From the NCBI GenBank assembly GCA_963807605.1, contig CAWECG010000001.1:154620-218619 (forward strand): 64,000 nt of DNA. Reading direction: 5' to 3'. The stretch is from Candidatus Bathyarchaeota archaeon. GTDB lineage: Archaea > Thermoproteota > Bathyarchaeia > 40CM-2-53-6 > RBG-13-38-9. Below the pieces are notes generated by a model. That model saw only the letters and a list, made by a program, of their open reading frames with translations. It was not told where the DNA came from and searched no databases. A program made the position numbers and the translations under genes. This document shows, in pieces, positions 11,116 through 20,054 of this stretch (positions are counted from its first letter, which is position 1; each line of letters starts with the position of its first letter).

Positions 11116-11225
11116 GAGAACATAACATCGCACTTATACCTGGCGATGGTATTGGCCCAGAACAGACTGAAGCTGCACTGAAGGTTTTAGAAGCGCGCGC
11201 TAAGAGTATAAGAGAAAAATGCTAA
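11112..11225 (+). pseudogene. leuB: N-terminal remnant (37 codons) of the native 3-isopropylmalate/homoisocitrate dehydrogenase gene
   Basis: ATG overlaps the leuD stop. It encodes MREHNIALIPGDGIGPEQTEAALKVLEARAKSIREKC*, the classic IPMDH/IDH N-terminus, with host-like codon usage. It terminates just after a GCGCGCGC tract (11193-11200). Confidence 0.6.
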
Positions 11226-11241
11226 GGAGAAAAGAAGAACG

Positions 11242-12303
11242 ATGAGAAAGAAATATAATGTCGCAGTAATTGGCGGTGACGGTACAGGTCCGGAAGTGGT
11301 AGCAGAAGGATTAAAAGTCCTGAAAGCAGCTTCGAATGAATTTGGTTTTTCGTATGATACGACAATGTTTGATTTCGGTGGTGAGCGGTACCTGAAGACC
11401 GGAAAAACAATTACCGATGAAGAACTGGAAGGATTGAAAAAGTTTGATGCGATCTATCTTGGTGCAATCGGACATCCGGATGTAAAACCGGGAATTCTGG
11501 AGCAAGGAATTCTTCTCAAGATACGATTTGCGCTCGATCAGTATATTAATTTACGTCCGGTGAAACTCTATAATGAAGCCTTTTGTCCCTTAAAGGATAA
11601 GAAACCGGAAGATGTTGATTTCGTCGTTGTGCGTGAAAATTCCGAAGGCCTCTACAAAGGACTCGGCAGTTTTGAAAATAAAGGGACAAAAAATGAAGTA
11701 GCAATTCAAATATCGCACAATACACGGAAAGGCGTTGAACGCTGTATTCGCTATGCGTTTGAATACTGCAAGAAACGCAACAGCAAGAAAAAGAAACTCA
11801 CGCTCTGCGGAAAAACGAATGTCCTGACATATGCATGGGATCTCTGGCAGCGAACATTTGATGAAGTGAAAAAAGAATATCCAGACATTCAAACCGAGTA
11901 TGTGAATGTTGATGCAACAACCATGTGGTTTGTAAAAAATCCAGAATGGTTTGATGTGATTGTTACTGATAATTTATTCGGTGATATTATCACTGATCTT
12001 GGAGCGATGGTGCAAGGCGGTATGGGTATCGCCGCGGGTGGCAATATTAATCCGGAAGGCGTTTCTATGTTTGAACCGATCGGCGGATCTGCACCAAAGT
12101 ATACCGGGAAACATGTTATTAATCCGCTTGCAGGGATTTGCGCCCTTGGGATGCTTCTGGAAAATATCGGTGAAGAAAAAGCCGGCAAAGGCGTTGAGAA
12201 TACAGTGATTCGTCTTGTTCAGACTAAGATAAGAAGCCTTTCAGCAGGAAAGATGGGGTATACCACCGAAGAAGTCGGCGATATGGTTGCAGGCGGGTTA
12301 TAA
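11242..12303 (+). CDS. complete isopropylmalate/tartrate/isocitrate dehydrogenase-family gene with foreign (AT-rich, bacterial-like) codon usage, inserted inside native leuB
   Basis: 353 aa intact ORF with its own AAGGAG RBS 8 nt before the ATG. It shows a strong AAA/GAA/TTT codon bias unlike its neighbours. IPMDH-family motifs are present, including NLFGDIITD and a GGDGTG N-terminus. It is flanked at 11193-11200 and 12312-12320 by GCGCGCGC(G) tracts. Confidence 0.8.
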   Translation: MRKKYNVAVIGGDGTGPEVVAEGLKVLKAASNEFGFSYDTTMFDFGGERYLKTGKTITDEELEGLKKFDAIYLGAIGHPDVKPGILEQGILLKIRFALDQYINLRPVKLYNEAFCPLKDKKPEDVDFVVVRENSEGLYKGLGSFENKGTKNEVAIQISHNTRKGVERCIRYAFEYCKKRNSKKKKLTLCGKTNVLTYAWDLWQRTFDEVKKEYPDIQTEYVNVDATTMWFVKNPEWFDVIVTDNLFGDIITDLGAMVQGGMGIAAGGNINPEGVSMFEPIGGSAPKYTGKHVINPLAGICALGMLLENIGEEKAGKGVENTVIRLVQTKIRSLSAGKMGYTTEEVGDMVAGGL

Positions 12304-12308
12304 GAAAA

Positions 12309-12482
12309 ACACGCGCGCGCTGTGAAAAGGAAGACGACACGAAGTGGACGAATGCAGCTAACGCAATTGAGGAAGCCTTCGTCAACAATCTAGAACAAGG
12401 CGTCTACACACCTGATCTTGGAGGGAAGAGTAGAACAGCGGAAGTTGGAAAAGCAATAGCACAACAAATAATCGAGGGATAA
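12309..12482 (+). pseudogene. leuB: C-terminal remnant of the native leuB-like dehydrogenase
   Basis: It encodes ...TKWTNAANAIEEAFVNNLEQGVYTPDLGGKSRTAEVGKAIAQQIIEG*, an IPMDH/IDH C-terminus, with host-like codon usage. Reading frame 0 matches the N-terminal remnant. The stop lies 2 nt before the leuA ATG. Confidence 0.55.
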
Positions 12483-12484
12483 GA

Positions 12485-14011
12485 ATGCAGCAGGAGAAGG
12501 ATAGAGTCTGGATATTTGATACTACTCTAAGGGACGGCGAACAGACTCCCGGGGTATCCCTCACACCAGAGGAGAAGCTAGAGATAGCTATGAAGCTGGA
12601 CGAGCTTGGCGTCGACACTATAGAGGCGGGTTTCCCAAGAGTATCACGAGGGGAAGTTGAAGCTACTAAGCTCATTTTGAAACAAGGTCTGAAGGCCAAA
12701 GTCTGCGGACTCGCACGGACTGACCAGAAGGACATCGATGCCGCTCTCGAATGTGGAGTCCCCTACATACACGTATTCATAGCAACCTCAGAGATCCACA
12801 TGAAACACAAACTGCAAATGAATAAACAACAGGTTCTAGAGGCTGCAACAAAATGGGTAGGTTACGCGAAGGATCACGGTGTGATTGTAGAATTCTCACC
12901 TGAAGACGCGACTAGAACCGAGCCCGACTTCCTCAAACAGGTCCTTAAGGTCGCTGAAGAGGCTGGAGCCGACATAATAAACGTTCCAGACACCGTCAGC
13001 GCCGCAACACCTGAGAGGATGTTCGAGATCATAAAAGAATGCGTATCCACGGTAGCCATACCGATCAGCGTTCACTGCCACAATGATTTCGGCTTGGCTG
13101 TAGCAAACTCACTCGCCGGAATCAGAGCAGGAGCATCGCAAGCCCATGTAACAATAAATGGGCTGGGCGAAAGAGCAGGTAACGCCTCTCTTGAAGAGTT
13201 TGTAATGTCCCTCCATCTGCTAGAGAATAAGAAGACAAGCATCAACACCAAGCTCATCTACGAGACCTCAAGACTGGTATCCGGGCTTACAGGCGTACTT
13301 ATACAGCCGAACAAGGCTATAGTTGGAGAGAATGCCTTCGGTCATGAATCCGGGATCCATACACATGGAATGCTGAAAAGTCCCTTAACATATGAACCGA
13401 TCACCCCTGAGCTTGTTGGAAGAAAGAGATGGTTCCAAGCCGGAAAACATGCCGGAGGACACGGCCTTGCCGCCAAGCTTGAGGAGGACGGCCTTCATCC
13501 AACTGAAGAACAGATGAAAGAGATAACCCGTCGAGTCAAGGATATCGGCGACAGGGGAAAGATGGTGGCCGATGCAGACCTATTCGCAATCGCCAAAGCA
13601 GTTATCGGCGGAGTTTCGGAAGAGAAGAAGATCGTTGAGTTAGAGAATCTCACAGTTGTAACAGGAACAGGCGTGGTCCCAACATCATCGGTCAAGCTAC
13701 TTATTGACGGAAAAGAGTACATATCCTCGGAGACCGGCGTTGGGCCGGTCGACGCTGCCATCAAGGCTATCCACAAGATAGTTGGTCCGCTGGCGGACGT
13801 GAGATTGAAGGAGTATCGACTGGAAGCCACAACTGGTGGGTCCGACGCTTTAGCCGAAGTCCTCATAAAGATAGAGGATAGCGCAGGCAACATTGTGTCG
13901 GCCAGAGCAGCCAGAACAGATGTGGTGACTGCAAGCGTAGAAGCAGTGATAGAAGGAATCAACAGGACACTAATCAAGAGCCGCATCAAGAGTTCCGAAG
14001 ACCGGCGCTGA
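12485..14011 (+). CDS. leuA: 2-isopropylmalate synthase with C-terminal LeuA-dimer/regulatory domain
   Basis: [15 protein letters not shown] and HCHND motifs with a long C-terminal regulatory domain. 508 aa. Confidence 0.9.
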   Translation: MQQEKDRVWIFDTTLRDGEQTPGVSLTPEEKLEIAMKLDELGVDTIEAGFPRVSRGEVEATKLILKQGLKAKVCGLARTDQKDIDAALECGVPYIHVFIATSEIHMKHKLQMNKQQVLEAATKWVGYAKDHGVIVEFSPEDATRTEPDFLKQVLKVAEEAGADIINVPDTVSAATPERMFEIIKECVSTVAIPISVHCHNDFGLAVANSLAGIRAGASQAHVTINGLGERAGNASLEEFVMSLHLLENKKTSINTKLIYETSRLVSGLTGVLIQPNKAIVGENAFGHESGIHTHGMLKSPLTYEPITPELVGRKRWFQAGKHAGGHGLAAKLEEDGLHPTEEQMKEITRRVKDIGDRGKMVADADLFAIAKAVIGGVSEEKKIVELENLTVVTGTGVVPTSSVKLLIDGKEYISSETGVGPVDAAIKAIHKIVGPLADVRLKEYRLEATTGGSDALAEVLIKIEDSAGNIVSARAARTDVVTASVEAVIEGINRTLIKSRIKSSEDRR

Positions 14012-14055
14012 GCACGACACTTCAGAGCTTCCAGAAAGATAGACAGTGACTCATT

Positions 14056-15186
14056 GTGGCCAAGCACAGGATAGCACTTCTTCCGGGCGATGGTATCGGC
14101 AAAGACGTAATCGATGCAGCCAAGATAGTTCTTGACGCGACAAGACTTGACGCCGAGTATTTTCTCGGTGAGATTGGATGGGAATTCTGGAAGAACGAGG
14201 GCGACCCTTTACCCCAGAGAACTCTAAGCCTACTTAGAAGGACCGACGCCTGCTTGATGGGAGCAATAACCTCCAAACCTAAGGATGAAGCTCAACTTGA
14301 GCTAGACCCCAAGCTGAAGAACAAAGCTTACGATTACTACAGCCCAATAGTCAGGCTCCGTCAGGAGTTTAATCTCCACACGAACATAAGACCCTGCAAG
14401 AGCTACAAAGGCAACCCACTCAACTTCAGAGAAGGAATAGACATAGTAGTATTCAGAGAGAATACCGAAGGCCTCTACAGCGGAGTTGAGTTCCACCCCC
14501 TGCCGTTGCCACTGATGCAGTGGCTAATTAAGAATCATCCGAAGATGAAGAGATTCGAATCTACGCCTCTTGATGAGATAGCAATCTCATTGAGGATAAT
14601 GACTAGGAAAGCCTGCGATACGATCCTGACCAGTGCATTCGAGTACGCCAAGAAGAAAGACTACAAGACCGTCACCGTAGTCGAGAAGCCGAACGTACTG
14701 AGAGAGACAGGCGCGCTGATGCTCAGAGAAGCGCGAAGAATTGCCACGAACTACCCTTCAATTCAACTCCTAGAAGGAAATATAGACGCGATCTGTATGT
14801 GGCTGATAAAGAACCCCTTAGACTACTCGATAATTGTGGCTGAGAACCTTTTCGGAGACATCATCTCCGACCTCTGCGCGCAACTTGTGGGAGGCTTAGG
14901 CTTCGCGCCGAGCGCGAACGTCGGTGATAGCTATGCAATCTTTGAACCAACACATGGCTCGGCTCCGAAGTATGCGGGACAGTACAAAGTCAACCCTCTG
15001 GCAACAATCCTCTCTGCAGCTATGATGCTTGAATACCTTAGAGAAAATGCCTTGGCAGCAAGAGTTGAAAACGCAGTCGCAGCTGTCATCGCAGAAGGAA
15101 GAGTAAGAACCTACGATATGGGCGGAAGCAGCACCACCTTGGATATGGCACATGCCATATCTGACAAGCTGAGTTCAAGCTCGTAA
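14056..15186 (+). CDS. isocitrate/3-isopropylmalate/homoisocitrate dehydrogenase family enzyme (may supply LeuB and/or homoisocitrate dehydrogenase activity)
   Basis: GTG start. RIALLPGDGIG N-terminus and NLFGDIISD motif. 376 aa. Confidence 0.85.
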   Translation: MAKHRIALLPGDGIGKDVIDAAKIVLDATRLDAEYFLGEIGWEFWKNEGDPLPQRTLSLLRRTDACLMGAITSKPKDEAQLELDPKLKNKAYDYYSPIVRLRQEFNLHTNIRPCKSYKGNPLNFREGIDIVVFRENTEGLYSGVEFHPLPLPLMQWLIKNHPKMKRFESTPLDEIAISLRIMTRKACDTILTSAFEYAKKKDYKTVTVVEKPNVLRETGALMLREARRIATNYPSIQLLEGNIDAICMWLIKNPLDYSIIVAENLFGDIISDLCAQLVGGLGFAPSANVGDSYAIFEPTHGSAPKYAGQYKVNPLATILSAAMMLEYLRENALAARVENAVAAVIAEGRVRTYDMGGSSTTLDMAHAISDKLSSSS

Positions 15187-15398
15187 TTCTATTGAAAAAT
15201 TGTGGGCAGAGGAAGCTAGATCTTCACGGCATTTGAGTCTCCAAACCTCTTTTTTCTACGCGGCGTCGTAACACTTGTTAGAAGGTCGGTATATCAGGAC
15301 CTTCCTTAGCACTACGATTGGTTACGGTCTTGTCTACGGTTGTGGTCAATCGAAAACGAAGTAGGAGCTTGACGAGTAATATCGATCATTGAATTTCT

Positions 15399-15779
15399 CT
15401 AAGGCGTTTGCTCACGGTATATGTGACATATTATTCCTGCGATTAAGATGAGAACCGCTCCCACTCCAACCAATTGGGGTCCTGAGATCAAAGATGCGAT
15501 TATGAGTACAACTCCGATCACGATGCCTCTTACCCCTGCACTAGCAAGTCTGCTCTTACTTGTCATGTGGAAACAATCGAATCCTAAAAGGGCGCCTACG
15601 ATCTCTATTATGATCCCGGCCAAGTACGTATATTGAAGCGGTTCGCGAAGTCCGAAGGTTGGATACACCGTCGTTATCGGAAGACTCAGAACCGCAATTA
15701 TAAGGACAATAGTGGAACCTAGCAGGAAAAAGATGGATGCTAAATCCAAGAGCGTCTTTCTGCTGAAGGCTTCAGGCAT
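15399..15779 (-). CDS. hypothetical small membrane protein (about 4 TM segments)
   Basis: 126 aa ORF made up almost entirely of hydrophobic segments. No recognisable motif. Confidence 0.35.
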   Translation of the reverse strand: MPEAFSRKTLLDLASIFFLLGSTIVLIIAVLSLPITTVYPTFGLREPLQYTYLAGIIIEIVGALLGFDCFHMTSKSRLASAGVRGIVIGVVLIIASLISGPQLVGVGAVLILIAGIICHIYREQTP

Positions 15780-15959
15780 AACAAGTCACTACCATATTAT
15801 TCCTCTTGTTTAGTATTTAGAAATTCCTGAGAGTGATGGGGACTTCGTTGAGGATCTGTTTACAGGTGATTCCATGCAGCTTCGATCTTAATTGAGTTAA
15901 TCAGAGAAAAAATCAAATTTATCTGCTCAGCATCAGTTGATTCGGCGGTGTGAAGATTC

Positions 15960-16289
15960 ATGGATATGTCAGAATTGATGAATCTGCTGCAGGCGACCAT
16001 TGGCTCGGTAGTGATGATTTCAAGCTCAACCTTGTTGTGTCTAGTAATACAAACACGATATGGAAGAGTTGTCGACAAGATTCGACAGCTCATATACGAA
16101 CGACGTCGTCTTCAACAATCAGATAGCCACAAGCAATCGCTTTCAGGCGCGAATAGGGATCTGGCTCAAGAAAGACTCAACAATATTGATACTCAGATAG
16201 GTCTTCTGCTCAATAGAGGTTCCAAACTTAAGCGAGCTCTTTTCTTCACTTTCTCCGCGTCTTCGCCTTCATATTCAGTTCCTTCCTAA
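15960..16289 (+). CDS. hypothetical protein (N-terminal TM, Arg-rich middle). May be one gene with 16304-16489, separated by a frameshift
   Basis: 109 aa ORF followed 15 nt later by a 61 aa TM ORF in another frame. The architecture is vaguely DUF2721-like. Confidence 0.25.
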   Translation: MDMSELMNLLQATIGSVVMISSSTLLCLVIQTRYGRVVDKIRQLIYERRRLQQSDSHKQSLSGANRDLAQERLNNIDTQIGLLLNRGSKLKRALFFTFSASSPSYSVPS

Positions 16290-16303
16290 TATTTGTAGGT
16301 TCA

Positions 16304-16489
16304 ATGCTGGGACCGGCTATGACAATTCCTTTTGTCGCATTGACATTCTTCTTTGGCATGTTATTCCTTCTGCTCGGCGCTGTCACCACCGTTAATGAAA
16401 TCGCAAACTCCTACGATGTTGTCACCAAAGAAGTGAAGTTTGCAAAGTTCGAGGCATTGAGAATTTCTAATCAGACATCAGAACCATGA
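16304..16489 (+). CDS. hypothetical small membrane protein (possible continuation of 15960-16289)
   Basis: 61 aa with one hydrophobic helix. Confidence 0.2.
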   Translation: MLGPAMTIPFVALTFFFGMLFLLLGAVTTVNEIANSYDVVTKEVKFAKFEALRISNQTSEP

Positions 16490-16633
16490 AGGCATCGTCG
16501 AAAGCTTCGAACCCCTTGGCTAACCTAATCTCTGTCACCCAAGTATCCGGCAAGGTGGGAGCGCCATCGGGAACAAACGGTTGATTGACAATCTGTAGCG
16601 GTTTTGCAGACAATCTTGAGAGACAATGAGCGG

Positions 16634-17302
16634 CTATTTCGTTGCTGTCTTCTCTTTGTGTCTCCTTTCAAGTTCCTTGAATATTTCGCCTAGTGCTACT
16701 TTTCTTGATGCAAGAAGAATCATCAGGTGAAAGATCAAGTCCGTTACTTCCGATACAAGTGCATTCGGCTTGTCTTTCGGCGCTAGAATGACCTCTGTGG
16801 ACTCTTCGCTGATCTTCCTCAGGATCGCGCTTTCACCCTCATCCACCAAGCTCTTGACATAAGATCTCTCGTCGCCGCTCCTTATCCGTTCACCTACTAT
16901 CTCATATATTCTGTTCAATGTTGATGCGTTCGGACGAGGCTCCTCCTCTTTGATGACTGGCTTGTGAAAGCAGCTTTCCATGTTTGTGTGACAACATGGA
17001 CCTACCTGTTGAACTTTGAACAAGACGGCATCGTTGTCGCAGTCCAGACTAAGATTCTGCACTATAGAAAAGTGTCCGGACTCTTCGCCTTTCATCCAAA
17101 GCCTCTTTCTAGTGCGGCTCCAGAAGTGGGTCTTCCCTGAGACCAGGGTAAGTATGAAGGCCTCCCTATTCATATATGCCTGCATGAGAACCCTATTGTT
17201 AGAGGCGTCCTGGACTATCGCCGGGATCAGTCCATTACCTTTTTCAAAGTCAATCCTCTGAGCCATCTCCTCCGCCTCTTTTCTGCTCATCTGCAGAACC
17301 AT
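16634..17302 (-). CDS. hisI: bifunctional phosphoribosyl-AMP cyclohydrolase / phosphoribosyl-ATP pyrophosphatase
   Basis: HisI cyclohydrolase N-domain (C...CH Zn site) and HisE-type C-terminal NTP-pyrophosphatase domain. 222 aa. Confidence 0.9.
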   Translation of the reverse strand: MVLQMSRKEAEEMAQRIDFEKGNGLIPAIVQDASNNRVLMQAYMNREAFILTLVSGKTHFWSRTRKRLWMKGEESGHFSIVQNLSLDCDNDAVLFKVQQVGPCCHTNMESCFHKPVIKEEEPRPNASTLNRIYEIVGERIRSGDERSYVKSLVDEGESAILRKISEESTEVILAPKDKPNALVSEVTDLIFHLMILLASRKVALGEIFKELERRHKEKTATK

Positions 17303-17317
17303 TCGCCCCAGATCCTC

Positions 17318-18124
17318 CTATGATGTCGGTCTGACAGGAACTCCGTGACTCGAAAGGTACTCTTTGACCTTCATAACAGGATAAGTGGCTCGGTGGAATA
17401 TTGATGCGGCCAGCGCAGCATCGGCTGCCCCTTCGACCAACGCCTCTCGAATATGCTCGGGATCACCAGCCCCTCCGCTAGCGATAATCGGTATGTGCGT
17501 ACTCTCGGAGATGGTTCTTGTAAGAGGTATGTCATAGCCTCGCTGTGTCCCATCGCAGTCCATACTTGTAAGGAGGATTTCACCAGCACCCAACTCCTCG
17601 ACACGGGTTGCCCATTCCACTGCGTCGATCCCGGTTGGTATCCTTCCACCTTCAACATGGACTTGCCACCAACACGCTCCCTGTGGTGTATCCACGACCA
17701 TCTTGTTGTCACGTTTCTCGTAGGACCTCTTTGCGTCAATGGCAACTACGATGCATTGAGTGCCGAAAGCCTCAGCTGCTCTCTTGACAAGGGTCGGGTC
17801 CTTCACAGCACCTGTATTTATTGAGATCTTATCTGCACCTGAACCTAGTATCTCGCGGATGCCTTCTATCGACAGTATTCCGCCACCGACAGTAAACGGT
17901 ATGAAGAGAGTCTCAGCGGTTCTCTTGACGACATCGAGGAAAATCTTTCTTCTCTCAAAAGATGCTGTGATGTCGAGGAAGACTACTTCGTCAGCACCTT
18001 CCGCGCCGTAGGCTTCAGCGAGCTTAGCGGGATCGCCTTCCTCCTTTATATTAACAAACTTGACCCCTTTGACTACCTTTCCATCTTTGACATCGAGGCA
18101 TGGGATTATTCTCTTAACCAGCAT
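17318..18124 (-). CDS. hisF: imidazole glycerol phosphate synthase cyclase subunit
   Basis: [16 protein letters not shown] start. (beta/alpha)8 HisF. 268 aa. Confidence 0.95.
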   Translation of the reverse strand: MLVKRIIPCLDVKDGKVVKGVKFVNIKEEGDPAKLAEAYGAEGADEVVFLDITASFERRKIFLDVVKRTAETLFIPFTVGGGILSIEGIREILGSGADKISINTGAVKDPTLVKRAAEAFGTQCIVVAIDAKRSYEKRDNKMVVDTPQGACWWQVHVEGGRIPTGIDAVEWATRVEELGAGEILLTSMDCDGTQRGYDIPLTRTISESTHIPIIASGGAGDPEHIREALVEGAADAALAASIFHRATYPVMKVKEYLSSHGVPVRPTS

Positions 18125-18836
18125 TCATTGCAGCCTCCAGGGCCTCTTTCAAAGTGAACTTGTTCTCGTATAGTGCCGTACCCAAGATTACGCCTTGAAC
18201 ACCTATCTTTGCTAGAGCGCGTATATCCTCCGGGCTACTTATTCCTCCTGAGGCTATCACAGGAATCTTCAGTTGGCGGACAAGCCTCTTTGTGTCGTTG
18301 AGCGCCGGGCCGCCTAATGTCCCATCCGCATTGACTGAGGTGAAGATTACGGATCCGACACCTATCGCTTCCAGTTTCTGTGCGACTTCAATATACTCAA
18401 GAGAAGTCTTGCTCCTCCATCCCTCTATTGCTGGGCTGCCATTCTTGACATCTATGGCTGCGGCAACTCTGTCCTTGCCGAAGATGGAGGCGGCTTCTGA
18501 AACAAGTTCAGGCTTTCTGATGGATGCCGTTCCAAATATGATTCTTGTAACGCCGAGGTCTAGGACCTGCCTTGCCTTCTCAATCGTTCTTATTCCGCCT
18601 CCAACCTCGGTCTTGATCTGTACCGACTTCACGATTCTGCTTATGGTCTTGGTGTTCTCTCCGAGACCTAAGGCAGCGTCTAAGTCAACTATGTGAAGCA
18701 TCTCAGCACCCTGTGCTTGAAAGAATCTGGAAGCCTCTGATGGATCCTCATAGTATTGTTTGGTTCTCGAAGGATCTCCCTGGAAAAGTCGGACGCATCT
18801 TCCGCGCATAAGATCGATAGCTGGAATTACTATCAC
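18114..18836 (-). CDS. hisA: ProFAR isomerase
   Basis: VIPAIDL...GG HisA signature. 240 aa. Confidence 0.9.
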   Translation of the reverse strand: MIVIPAIDLMRGRCVRLFQGDPSRTKQYYEDPSEASRFFQAQGAEMLHIVDLDAALGLGENTKTISRIVKSVQIKTEVGGGIRTIEKARQVLDLGVTRIIFGTASIRKPELVSEAASIFGKDRVAAAIDVKNGSPAIEGWRSKTSLEYIEVAQKLEAIGVGSVIFTSVNADGTLGGPALNDTKRLVRQLKIPVIASGGISSPEDIRALAKIGVQGVILGTALYENKFTLKEALEAAMNAG

Positions 18837-18844
18837 AGGTTATA

Positions 18845-19453
18845 CTACTTCCTTATCACCCCGACGAAGTTTCTAAGTACTGTCAAACCAGCCTGTGAGC
18901 TCTTCTCGGGGTGAAATTGGGTGGCAAACACGTTTCCCCTCTCAAGAATTGAAGGAAACTCCGTTCCGTATTCTGTCTTTGCAACTACGTCGCCCTCATC
19001 CTCCGGCTTCGCAACGTAGGAGTGAACAAAATAAGCATATGAGTTATCTGGAACTCCCTCAAGAATCGGGCTTTTTCTAATTATCTCGATATTATTCCAT
19101 CCAATTTGGGGAAGCTTAACGTTCGTCGGCAGCTTGACTACCTCTCCTTTTAGAAGATTTAGGCCAGGAGTTACTCTGCCCTCATAGCTCTTTGTGAACA
19201 AGAGCTGGAGACCGAGGCATATCCCCAACAGTGGCTTTCCATTCTTGACTTCCTGAATCAATACGTCTTCAAGTTTTGAGAGGTTCTTCTTTGCTTCTGC
19301 GAAAGCGCCGACTCCAGGCAGAACTATGGCATCAGCACTTCTTACCTTTGCAGGATCGCTTAGGATCTCAACCTCAGCTCCCGCTTTCTCGAGGCCTTTC
19401 TTGACGCTATACAGATTTCCAACGCCGTAGTTGACGATGATTACTAAAGTCAC
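18845..19453 (-). CDS. hisH: imidazole glycerol phosphate synthase glutaminase subunit
   Basis: Class I glutamine amidotransferase with catalytic Cys in GICLGLQ. 202 aa. Confidence 0.9.
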   Translation of the reverse strand: MTLVIIVNYGVGNLYSVKKGLEKAGAEVEILSDPAKVRSADAIVLPGVGAFAEAKKNLSKLEDVLIQEVKNGKPLLGICLGLQLLFTKSYEGRVTPGLNLLKGEVVKLPTNVKLPQIGWNNIEIIRKSPILEGVPDNSYAYFVHSYVAKPEDEGDVVAKTEYGTEFPSILERGNVFATQFHPEKSSQAGLTVLRNFVGVIRK

Positions 19454-19454
19454 T

Positions 19455-20033
19455 CTATAGTTCGCCTTTCGTGCTAGGAATAGTCTTGCGGGCTCTTAGT
19501 TCTAATGAGCATGCTTCCCTTAGCGCTAAAGCTAGAGCCTTTGTTGAAGCTTCTACCTTGTGATGATCGTTGGTTCCGTATAAAGCTGTCACATGGATGT
19601 TCGACTTAGATGATTGTGCCAGAGAAACGAAGAAATGATCTATGTCCTCAGTCTTCAAGTCCTCAATTTCATTCGACTGAATTTTCAGATCGATACTTGG
19701 ATAGGCTCTTCCTCCGAGATCGATCACTGCTCTAGCCAGCGAATCGTCCATTGGTACATGTGCTGAACCGAATCTTCTTATGCCCCTCTTGTCTCCTAGA
19801 GCTTTGTTTACGGCTTCTCCGAGTGCAAGTCCAATATCTTCTGACAGGTGGTGTTTGAGGTCTCCGGAGGCCTTTACCTCCAAGTCTATGAGCGAGTGTC
19901 TGCCGAGAGTAGTCAGTAGATGATTAAGGAATCTGTTTCCCGTCTCCACCTTGACGTTTCCTTTACCGTCCAGGTTAAGTCTCACTGAGATCTTAACCTC
20001 GGCTGTCTCTCTCTTGACTGCTACTTTTCTCAA
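19455..20033 (-). CDS. hisB: imidazoleglycerol-phosphate dehydratase
   Basis: IGPD His-rich Mn motifs. 192 aa. Monofunctional, with no HAD phosphatase domain. Confidence 0.9.
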   Translation of the reverse strand: MRKVAVKRETAEVKISVRLNLDGKGNVKVETGNRFLNHLLTTLGRHSLIDLEVKASGDLKHHLSEDIGLALGEAVNKALGDKRGIRRFGSAHVPMDDSLARAVIDLGGRAYPSIDLKIQSNEIEDLKTEDIDHFFVSLAQSSKSNIHVTALYGTNDHHKVEASTKALALALREACSLELRARKTIPSTKGEL

Positions 20034-20054
20034 TTTCCATGCCTTCCCATTCTG

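Noticed and set aside
13495-14067. Long antisense ORFs inside well-supported genes (e.g. 13495-14067 minus within leuA, 17371-17745, 22568-22969, 23849-24289, 45534-45953)
   Set aside because: These are shadow ORFs in moderately GC-rich coding sequence. They have biased low-complexity composition and no motifs, and the sense genes have strong homology signatures.
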